Shown: positions 34,025-43,540 of the stretch, piece by piece
How positions within the stretch are numbered: the stretch's first letter is position 1
Layout of the letters: every line of letters starts with the position of its first letter
NCBI RefSeq assembly: GCF_018350175.1
Contig: NC_058369.1
Span: 5,582,001-5,646,000, forward strand
DNA: 64,000 bases
Origin: Felis catus
Taxonomy: Eukaryota
Direction: 5' to 3'
The notes under the pieces: model-generated
Databases searched by the model: none
What the model saw: the letters and a program-made list of their open reading frames with translations, nothing else
What the model was told of the DNA's origin: nothing
Made by a program: the position numbers and the translations under genes

Positions 34025-37000
34025 CTGCCGGGGTCAGAGGAAAAGGAACTGGTCAGGCTGGGGTCCCTGTGCCTCCACGGAGGCTGGGACCGAGAGGCGG
34101 CTGGGTGTTGGACTGCACAAACTTTTTATTATTTTTTTTAATCTGTATTTTTGAGAGAGAGAGACAGAGTGTGAGCAGGGGAGGGGCAGAGAGAGAGGGA
34201 GACACAGAATCTGAAACAGGCTCCAGGCCCTGAGCTGTCAGCACAGAGCCCGATGCGGGGCTCAAGCTCCCGAACCGTGAGATCATGACCTGAGCTGAAG
34301 TCGGACACTCAACCGACTGAACCACCCAGGAGCCCCGGACTTTATAAACTTCAGAGGGGAAGACTTTTCTAGTGATGGTCACACAACGTCCTGAGGGACC
34401 CCAGGTTGTGACAAAGGAGTTTCAGGGGCTCTGGACCCCTTCCCAGTAACTACAGCTTTTGTGTCTGTGACTGTGACGAGTTACTGTTCTGTACCTGACA
34501 CGTGGGAAACGTTTATTAAAGACTTTCTGGGGTGCCTGGGTGGCTCAGTCAGTTAGTGTCTGACTCTTGATTTCAGCTCAGGTCATGATCTCAGGGTTCG
34601 TGAGTTTGGGCCCCACATCTACACTGACAGTGTGGAGACTGCTTGGGATTCTCAGTCTCCCTTTCTGTCTCTGCTCCTCCCCTGCACATTCTCTCTCTCT
34701 CTCTCAAAATTAAACAACTATTTAAAAAAAAGACTTTCTATGATCATCGTCCATTTCTTCAACTTATATTTGATCAAACCATATAAAATTACTAGTATTC
34801 CATCATTTTTTGACCCACCAAAAAAGCAATGTCATATGTTTCACTTTATAGAGCCTGGGTTCTGCCTCCAATTTCATTACAACAGGGTCGGGGGGCCTGG
34901 GTGGTCAATCAGTTAAGCACCTGACTCTTGACTTCAGCTCAGGTCGTGATCTCATGGTTCATGAGTTCCAGCCCTGGGCCAGGCTCTGAGCTGACAGCAA
35001 GGAGCCTGCTTGGTATTCTCTCTCCATCTCTCTCTGCCCCTCCCCCACTTGCTCTCTCTCTCTCGCTCTCAAAATAAACTAAAAAACAAAAACAAAAGCC
35101 AACACAGGGTTTATCTTGGTGGCTGGGCCACGTGCCGGCCACTATCCCACAAATGTCATCTCAAGGTAATCCTATGGAGTGGGCATTGTGGTCATACCCA
35201 GTTTAAAGATGGGGAAACCGAAGGTGAGACAGGGTAATAAGTCAGTTGCCCAAAGACACACAGGAAGTTAGGAGAAAGGGGGGCAGAGAATGGACGGCAT
35301 TTGGCACTGAAGGCAGGACAGGGAAACACAGAGGCAGAGAGAGGAGGTCTCGACCTCGTGGTGCAAGGCAGGACAGGGAGGCACAGAGCTTGCTCACCGG
35401 AGAGGCTCTTGGCACAGTTCTTGTCCCCACGGAGGTCGTGGTCTTGATCCCAAGTGGAGAAGGGCAGGGAGAGGCCATCGGGTGCCACGGTGGTAGCACC
35501 CAGTTCACTGGCCACGGGAGCTGTGAGCTGCAGGCTGTAGGCTGTGTCCTCACCACCCAGATAGACGGGGAACTGCAAAGACTCAGCATTGCCCTCCCAG
35601 TCCTGCAACAGCACAGCCAGGCGGCTGCCGCGGTCCCCCGTGATGCGGTGAACCTTCTCCAGGCCCAGCCAGAACTCACCTACAGGGGAGAGAGGGGCCC
35701 ATCGGTGAGTCAGACCCACCTCCTCGCCCCCTCCTCCCCTCTCTGCCTCCGGCCCCCCCCGGCTGGAAACACCCACCTTGGGGGTCTCCGAAGCCAGCCT
35801 TGTAAGCTTCCCAGGGCTGGTTAAAGTCCACGGAGCCATCCTGGCGCCTCTGAATTACAGTCCAGCCTCCATCTGCCCAGAGAGGTGCAATGCCATCAGG
35901 AGGCCGCTTTTTGCAGGGGCCCCCGACTTCCCATCTGGCTCTCAAACCCTAAACTGCCTCCAAACCCAGAGAGGGCCAAGGTCTTCTCATTCACCCCAGC
36001 AGGACTAGAGGAAGGTGGTTAAAGGTGGGCTGGCCAATGTGCAAGGGGCTCAGCCTAGACATTGTCCCAAGGCCCCAGGAGGGAGGAGTGGGGGGGGAGG
36101 GAGCGTTAGAAATCTAGGAAGTTTCTCTAGGTCCACTGAACCTGGCTCAACCCTGGGTGGTGGCGGGGAGCTGCATTTGATTGGAACGGCAATAGGGCCC
36201 ATGACAGGATGCAGGGCACCCCAGCGGGCCAGCGCATCCTACCTGAGGTCATCTTGCAGTTAACCAGGAAGGGTGGGGACCCCTGGGGCTGGATCTGGAA
36301 CAGTCCACTTTGCCGCTCTCCCTCTTCATACAGCTCTTGGCAGTCCCTGGGCAGCCCTGAAGGGCAGGCAAAGAGAGGGGCGGGGAGACTGAAGCAGGAG
36401 GGGCCTCAGGAAACAGGCATGTTAGGGGCTGGGCAGTGGGTGACAGGGGACATGAGGGGGTAATCCTGGGTTCACAGCATCCCCTGTCCTGGATGGCCCC
36501 TGAGCCACCCACCATCCTTCCTCCTCCCACACTGCGTTCTCACCTCAGGCCACACAGCCAGCCTTGTATCACACACCCTCCTGCCACAGGGACTTTGCAC
36601 ACGCCCGTCTCTATGCCTGCACATGCCAGTCACATGCCAGAGAGATCTTCCCTCAGGACTTTCTTGCCTCATTCTAAAGATCCCAGCTTCTAGAAGGGAT
36701 GCCTTCCCTGACCCCCAGACCAGGCCAGGCTCCCAAAAGAAGCATCGGGGACTTCCTGCCCACAACACTGGAGTCATCCAGTGGTCTCCCCGCCACTGAA
36801 TGAGGATTCCATGGGGCCAGGGACAGAGTGGCTCTTTGCCCACAGTCTGGCACCAGTGCCCAGGTTAATCCTGGCCCACAGTAGGTGTTTAATAAAGACT
36901 GGAGGCATGAGTGATTGAGAAGCCGGGCCAGGGTGGAGAAGATAGGAGTGGGGCTGAGCAGAAGCGCTCTCTGTTGTGGGGGGGGGGGGGGGGGGCGGCG

Positions 37001-38467
37001 CTCTGCATGAGGCTTGCAAGGCCAGGGGCCCCACCTGGGATCCCACGTAAAGGGGAAGGCAAGACTAAGGAACCTAGGAGGAAGACAAGGGAGGGAAAGA
37101 GGGAGGGATGGCTGGGCTGTGCCCAAAGGCTGTGAAGTCCCCGCCCCCAGTCGAGCCTGGAAAGTAGGGAAAAGGTCGCGCGGGGGAGGGGAAGTCCGCG
37201 CTGAAGGGTGGGGGTAAGGGGGATGGGGGCGGGCCCAGGGTGACTGGAGACATTTTCCGGCCCCTGGAGCAGCTCGCCTTTCCCCTACTTTCCTCCCTTC
37301 CAATCGGGGGACGGCACCCGGCCAAACCACGAATGTGGCTTCCATTAGAAGGAGCTGTTTGTCTCTCCAGCTCTGAACCTTCCCCTACTTGGCAGGGCTG
37401 AGCCCCAGGTCTGGGAGTCCCCAAACCCACGCATCCCCCACCGTCACCTCCCCCAGCCCAGACCCACGCCTGCTGGCAAGCTCCAAAGCCCCTCAAGGCG
37501 CAGGGGCAGGGAGGGGGGTTGGGACGGTGTATGGACCCTTACAGGCCCGGTGAGGGAAGGAGGAAGAGTGGGGGAGGGCAGGGGGAGGGGCAGCCTTCAA
37601 GACTAGGGAGCCCGCAGCCAGACCCAGGGTGTGAAGGGGGAATCCGAACTTTTACCCAGTTGGCTGCACACAGCCCCGGATGCCAGGCGGGGTGATGGGG
37701 TAGGAGGACTACAGGGAAGCCAGCCGGGTCTGGAGCCCCGAACTAAGGGTGGGGACAGAGACACCAGGAGCTGTGAGCCTGTGTCAGACACACGGAGACA
37801 TGCTGGGAGGGGGGGGGGGGGGACGGGCAGGACGTCCGGGGCGATCTGGGATGCACAATGAAGGACCCAGAGCTTGTGCTGATGGCAAAGGCTCATTCTC
37901 TGCAGGAATCAGGGTGATCAGGGACTTCGGGGACCAAGAGGGGAGTGAGGCACCAGGTGTGGGGGGCAGGAGCCCTGGATTTGTTAGAGATGCAAAAGCG
38001 AGTGGTGTGTCTGGCCAGGGAGATGGGGGTTACCTGCCTCCTAGAGCTACGCTCCAAGATACCATTGTGGGGGGGAGCCCCAGCTCAGAATCCCCCTCCC
38101 AGGAAGCCATCGCTCTTCACCGTCAGAACTCCAGGCTCCATAGCTGGCACCCTCCTGTCCACCAGTGTGCCCTCAGAGAAGGTTCCAACCTTCAGGAAGG
38201 CGTCTCTGACCTGCACCGCCCCCCTCCCCACACCCCTGCAGCTCAAGTCCCTCCTGGACCCTCTTAAAGACCCCAAGCCCTGCTCCAGTTAGTGGCCAGC
38301 AGGGCTCCGGGGAGAGCCACTGGCTTGCCAGGAAGAAGGGTGGGGTGGCCTACCTGGTCAGGGTCAGGGATGATGAGATGGGATGTGCCCATCAGCCCTT
38401 TACCAGAGACTAGTGAGCCCACAGGAACCCAGGGCCAGGTGGACAGGACAAGGAGGGGGACAGGAGT

Positions 38468-38508
<41 letters not shown>

Positions 38509-39464
38509 TGGTGGTTGGGGGGAAGGAATTGCCAGAGGACAGCAGAGGGCTGGACACTCACTGTGCGGGCGGCTGATATTGTGAGCAGGGCCAACGAGCT
38601 GTGCCATTTTGGGTAGCCTCTTCTTCCTGCCAGGCTTGGCCGTCCTGTGGCCCAGGTGCATGGGGGCCAGGAGGCTCACCTGGACAGGACAGGACAGGAG
38701 GAGGATGTCAGGTCCGGCTGGCTCCGGCCCCTCAACTTGCCTGGCTATAGGTCCACGCCCCCTACAGGACGAGCTTCGGCCTCCCTCCCAACCCCGGGGC
38801 AAAAGCATCAGGCACCTGGCTCTGCAGACTCTGGATTTTCAGGTGCTGCTTCTCCAGGTGCCGCTGCTGCTGGGCCACCTTGTGGAAGAGTTGCTCAATC
38901 CTGCCGTTCTGGGTCTTGAGCTGAGTCTGGGGGAGCGTGCGCACAGCACCGCGGTGAGGACCCGGCCTTCTGCGGCCAGCCTCTCCATTCATCGTCACTC
39001 GTCTGGCCTTCCAGCTCTCCCTCCCGAGAGACCGGGGCAGGGGAGCCTAGGGAGTCCCGGATGCGTCCCCCTCCCGCCCACACTGTCCGAGACCCGCAGG
39101 AGGGCAGAGGGAGCCCACGTACCTGCAGGCTGCCGAGGGTCTCGGGGGCGGCCTCGCCACTGGGGCCCACACTCTCGGGCGCGCGCGGGGGCGCGACGGA
39201 CGCCCCGGACTCCTTGCAGGCCGCCCCGCACGCGCGCAGACGCCGCTCCAGCGCGCCCAGCCGCCCCTGGGTGCGCTCCACGTGCTCGCGCAGCCCGTGG
39301 CCCAGCTGCAGGAGCCCGTGCGCCAGCACGTTCACCTCGTCCCAGGACGCGAAGCGCGGCGGCTCGGGAGGCTCGGCGGGCGCCGCGCGGCCCTGCGCGC
39401 TCAGCAGCCCGGCGGTGGCGGCGCACAGCACCAAGGCTGCCGAGGCCGTCGGCGCACAGCGCAT
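33843..39464 (-). CDS. ANGPTL4: Angiopoietin-like 4, 414 aa; CDS join 39464-39123, 38926-38816, 38679-38562, 36356-36243, 35872-35777, 35679-35398, 34024-33843
   Basis: Exons of 342+111+118+114+96+282+182=1245 nt, all GT-AG. Signal peptide, LPL-inhibitory motif [19 protein letters not shown], CxxxC (C79/C83), coiled coil, RKKR convertase site and fibrinogen-like domain ([41 protein letters not shown]). Confidence 0.97.
34122..35100. mobile_element. Three CAN-SINEs in ANGPTL4 intron 6
   Basis: About 34122-34336 (-), 34529-34730 (+) and 34890-35100 (+). Confidence 0.88.
35398..35679 (-). CDS. ANGPTL4: ANGPTL4 exon 6
   Basis: [17 protein letters not shown]...[21 protein letters not shown], 282 nt. 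Confidence 0.96.
35777..35872 (-). CDS. ANGPTL4: ANGPTL4 exon 5
   Basis: [32 protein letters not shown], 96 nt. Confidence 0.96.
36243..36356 (-). CDS. ANGPTL4: ANGPTL4 exon 4
   Basis: [38 protein letters not shown], 114 nt. Confidence 0.96.
37161..37391. promoter_or_regulatory. ANGPTL4 intron 3 PPAR-response enhancer with three DR1 elements
   Basis: AAGT-AGGGAA-A-AGGTCG (+, 37166-37178), AAGT-AGGGGA-A-AGGCGA (-, 37274-37286), AAGT-AGGGGA-A-GGTTCA (-, 37374-37386). Intron 3 PPREs are established for human and mouse ANGPTL4. Confidence 0.85.
38469..38507. repeat. (GT)n microsatellite in ANGPTL4 intron 3
   Basis: Directly visible, about 55 nt from the exon 3 donor. Confidence 0.92.
38562..38679 (-). 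CDS. ANGPTL4: ANGPTL4 exon 3 (linker with RKKR)
   Basis: [39 protein letters not shown], 118 nt. Confidence 0.95.
38816..38926 (-). CDS. ANGPTL4: ANGPTL4 exon 2
   Basis: [37 protein letters not shown], 111 nt, AG/GT flanks. Confidence 0.96.
39123..39464 (-). CDS. ANGPTL4: ANGPTL4 coding exon 1
   Basis: [25 protein letters not shown]...TLGSLQ; donor CAG|GTACGT. Confidence 0.96.
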
Positions 39465-39634
39465 CCTTCCGGGTGGCCTGGGCGCGGGAGCGCAAGGCGG
39501 AGGCGCGGGCTGGAGAGTCGAGGGCTGGCGACGCGGGCGTCCTGGCGGAGACTCACTGGCGTTCAGAAGCCGCAAGGAAGGCTCCGATCACAGCCGCCAG
39601 CCTTTGGGGCTTGGCTAGTCCCCGCGACGCCCCC

Positions 39635-39710
39635 TTTTTATAAGCCCGCGGAGAGAGGGAAAGGGGAGCCTTGGAGGCGGGGCGCAGGGAGTGCCGGGGG
39701 CGGGGCGTGC
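39635..39710 (-). promoter_or_regulatory. ANGPTL4 core promoter: TATA box plus GC boxes in a CpG island
   Basis: TATAAAAA on minus at 39642-39635, about 170 nt upstream of the ATG; GGGCGGGG-type boxes at about 39675 and 39697. Confidence 0.85.
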
Positions 39711-42700
39711 GGCCGGGGGTAGGGTTCTGGGAGCCAGCGGCCGGGGAGTTGGGGAGGGGGGGGCGCCCTCGGGGTGCAAAACTCTGGCTCCTCCAGCAGG
39801 CCCTGGAGCGTCTCCTCTGCAGACCTTGGAAGACGTGACCCTCACGGGGGCCCCCTTCCAAACACCGGAATCCCAAACCCTCCACGCTGCACCCGCCGCG
39901 CTCAGCGGTACCCATGACCCCCCACCCCCCTCCCCAAGTCAAAAGCTGGAGAGAGAGACGAATAAGAAAGGGCCCCGGTGCGCTGAGTCCAGTCAGGCCG
40001 GGCATGCCCGGGACACCTGAAACATCCCCGCCCCCGGAGACTTCTCGGAGAGCAGCTCGCGACCAGGCTGCACGACCAGGGAGACGACTCTGGGCTCCCA
40101 CGCTCCTTCCCGCTCAAGGATTCGTCACTGCAGATGTGTTTGTCGGATCCCCTGACGTCCCTCATCCCGCTTCCCACAACTGACTGCCCCTTCGGGGTGG
40201 CTCCCGGTCTATCTTGTTCAGACTCCAGCTCAGGGCTCACTCCCCCGCTTGCCCCCCACTCCCACCCAGGGTCTGCAGTGTGTGAGCCTTTTCCTGTATC
40301 AAAGCCAAAAACCTCAGAACAGGAAGAGGTGATACACGGAGAGAAGGGCTCCTAACTCCTCATTCATTTATTCACTCATTCACTCATTCAACAAACAGTC
40401 CCTCTGTTCTGGAAGAGAGAGCCCGACACTCTGAGCCTGGGGTAGGGGCAAACTTGGAACAAAGGAAGAACTAAGGCTGTGGGGCCCACCGTGTTCATTC
40501 CAAGAGGCTAAGCATTCGCTTAACAAACGTTGACTAAATTCCTCCCCTCCCTCCTGTCCTACTCCACTATACTCTGTCGGGAAATTGAGGCTGGCAAAGA
40601 AAAACTTGCCTGCCAGGAAGAACCCCCAGGCAGGATGGCTTGGCACACGGGCGGGCGAGAAGAACAGAGTTGACTCAGCAGGGCTCAGAGCCAGCTCAGT
40701 CTCTGGAATCCGAAACTGCATGCCCCGGGGCTGACGTGCGGGTCACCACTCATACACTTGGCCCCGGCCGGGCTGGATGCCAGGACGGCCGATCCCGGCA
40801 GCAGTGACAGGCAGATGGGAAGGGCGGCAAGGAAAACCTCTGCATGGAGTAGGTCCAGACAGCCACCATCTGCCCTGGCAGCCCGCCTGTCCACCCCCGA
40901 CACCCTGGCCTCTCTCTGAGGCGGTGACATAACTCTCAGGGTGTGCTCTTTTCTTTCGTGGCTTCTTGCCCTGAAAGAAATGATCAGTTACCTTCTCAAC
41001 CTGACGGCCTTTTCTCTCCACTCACTTTTCAGGGACTTCTTCCTTTGTGCCATGTTTCACGGGGCACAGAACCCTCCAGAAGCTTTCAGAGGCACCTGAT
41101 GTGAACATGGCCCAGAAGAAATTTTCCAGGGACCCGGAGCTGCCTCTGGATTGCATTCTAAAAACTGTTCTAGGCTGCCTGGGTGGCTCAGTCGGTTGAG
41201 TGACCGACTTCTGCTCAGGTCATGATCTCACGATTTGTGGGTTCGAGCCCCGCGTCGGACTCTGTGCTGACAGCTCAGAGCCTGGAGCCTGCTTCGGATT
41301 CTGTGTCTCTGTCTTTCTCTTCCCCTCTCCCCCTCCCCCCCCCGTCTCTCAAAAATAAATAAATATATTTAAATTTTTTTAAAAATAATAAATAAAAACT
41401 GTTCTGTGGAACATACTCTCTGACCCAGCAGTGACACTGTTGCTCTGATCAGTTGTTTCTTTTTTTAAGCTTACTTATTTATTTTGAGAGAGAGAGAGCA
41501 TTCTAAGCAGGTTCTGAGGTATCTGCAAAGAGCCTGACATGAGGGTCGATCCCACAAACCGTGAGATCATGACCTGAGCTGAGATCACCCAGACACCCTG
41601 ATCAATTGTTTCTTGAGTACCTACTGTGACGGCTGCTGTACTGGGACCATAATGGTGAGTAAGACAGTCCTGTCCACCAGGTTGGCTACTTTGGTCAAAG
41701 CAAATAGCATTAGAAAGGTGACCTACGAAACAAAAGAAAAAAAGAAAGGTGACATAGGGCCTGGAATCTCTCACCAAACCTGGGAAGCAGTGAAATGGAC
41801 TTTTTTTTTTTTTTTTTTTTTTTGCTTGTCTGTGGGCAGTTGAATCTCCCGACCTTTGGGAGATTTCAATCTGGCACCGTACGTGCTCTCATGAAGAGTG
41901 TCTTTAAGGGGCATTTGGGTGGCTCAGTTGGTTAAGCCTCCGACTCTTTAAAAAAATTTTTTTTTACATTTATTTATTTTTGAGAGACAGAGTGAGACAG
42001 AGCACAAGCAGGGGAGGAGCAGAGAGAGAAGGAGGCACAGAATGTGAAGCAGGCTCCAGGCTCTGAGCCGCCAGCACAGAGCCCGACGCGGGGCTCGAAC
42101 CCACAAACCGGGAGATCATGACCTGAGCTGAGTGAGGTTGGACACTTAACGCACTGAGCCATCGAGGTGCCCCCTGGCTCAGGTCTTGAACTCAGGGTTG
42201 TGAGCTGGGGCCCACACTGGGCGTGGAGGCTGCTTGAAAGAACAAAAAAAAAAAAAAGGAAGAAAAAGAAGTGTCTTTCCATCTGTGTCTCTACAACCTG
42301 AGTTAGTAGGGGCCCCTCAGTCCCTCTTCGCTAATCCCCGAGCATTGGGTCTCCTGGTGGGTGAGTCGGGAAGGGTTGATCTGTTAGCAGACAGGCTGCT
42401 TAGGATAGAAATAGCAAACACCTACCATGTCCTTCATTTATGCCGAGTATTATGCTTTGTCCTAAAGTGATTATATGTTCGCTTAATCCTAATAGCAACG
42501 CCAAATGAGTTGGGAACTCTTATTCCACTTTATGGATGAGGACTAGATAAAAGAGAGATTAAGTGCTTGTTCAAATTCTCCAATTATCCAGACAGAGCTA
42601 GGATTTGAAGCCGGGCTAGCCGACTCCCAACTGTGCTCTTGGCAGCAAGGACACTCTGCCTTTGTCCCTAGTAGCCCAGTGATCCTTGCCTCCTGATGTC

Positions 42701-43189
42701 CATGCTTTTCTATGCTTCCCCCCTCTGGTGTAGGCGATAGGATATTATTGAGACGATGGTGTGTGCGACTTCCTAGGTTAGATCATAAAGAACACGTGGC
42801 TTCTGTCTTGTTCTTTATTTTAAAAAATTTTTTTTAACATTTATTCATTTTCTTGAGAGACACAGATCACTAGTAGGAGGAGGGTCAGAGAGAGAGTGGG
42901 AGACACAGAATCTGAAGCAGGCTCCGGGCTCCGAGCTGTCAGCACAGAGCCCCGCGACGTGAACTCATGAACCGTGAGATTGTGACCTGAGCTGAAGTCG
43001 GCCGCTTAATCGACCGAGCCACCCAGGTGCCCCTCTTTTTTTTTTTTTTTTCGTAAATTTTTAAATTTTGAAATCATTTCAACTTACAGAAATGTTGCAA
43101 GAAGACGTCATGGACGTCCTGTATACTCTTCATAGAGATTCACCAATTGTCAACTTGTTCTACTAAGTTTATTGTTCTATCTATAAATT

Positions 43190-43540
43190 CCATGTACATA
43201 TAGATATAGATATGTAACATACACACTATGTGTGTGTATATATATGTATACATATATATACATATGTACATATATACATGTATATACATATACATATATA
43301 TGTATATATATGTATATATATGTATGTATATACATATATATACACACACAAATATTTTGAGAGATGCATATAACAAACCTTTATGGAGACATATAATATA
43401 CACGTTTATCTGTAGAGAGCTACATATGTATATATATAACATAAACAGAGACATATATAATGCACATATATAATACACATATATGTAGGGATGTATTCCT
43501 ATACACAGATATATGTATAACACAAACTCCACATGTATAT
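43190..43540. repeat. Degenerate TA/CA/TG low-complexity tract
   Basis: Directly visible. Confidence 0.88.

Noticed and set aside
38609..40101. Overlapping 140-344 aa ORFs around ANGPTL4 exon 1, including an apparent N-terminal extension to 39575
   Set aside because: CpG-island shadow ORFs. The extension starts at a non-ATG codon; the ATG at 39464 begins the signal peptide.
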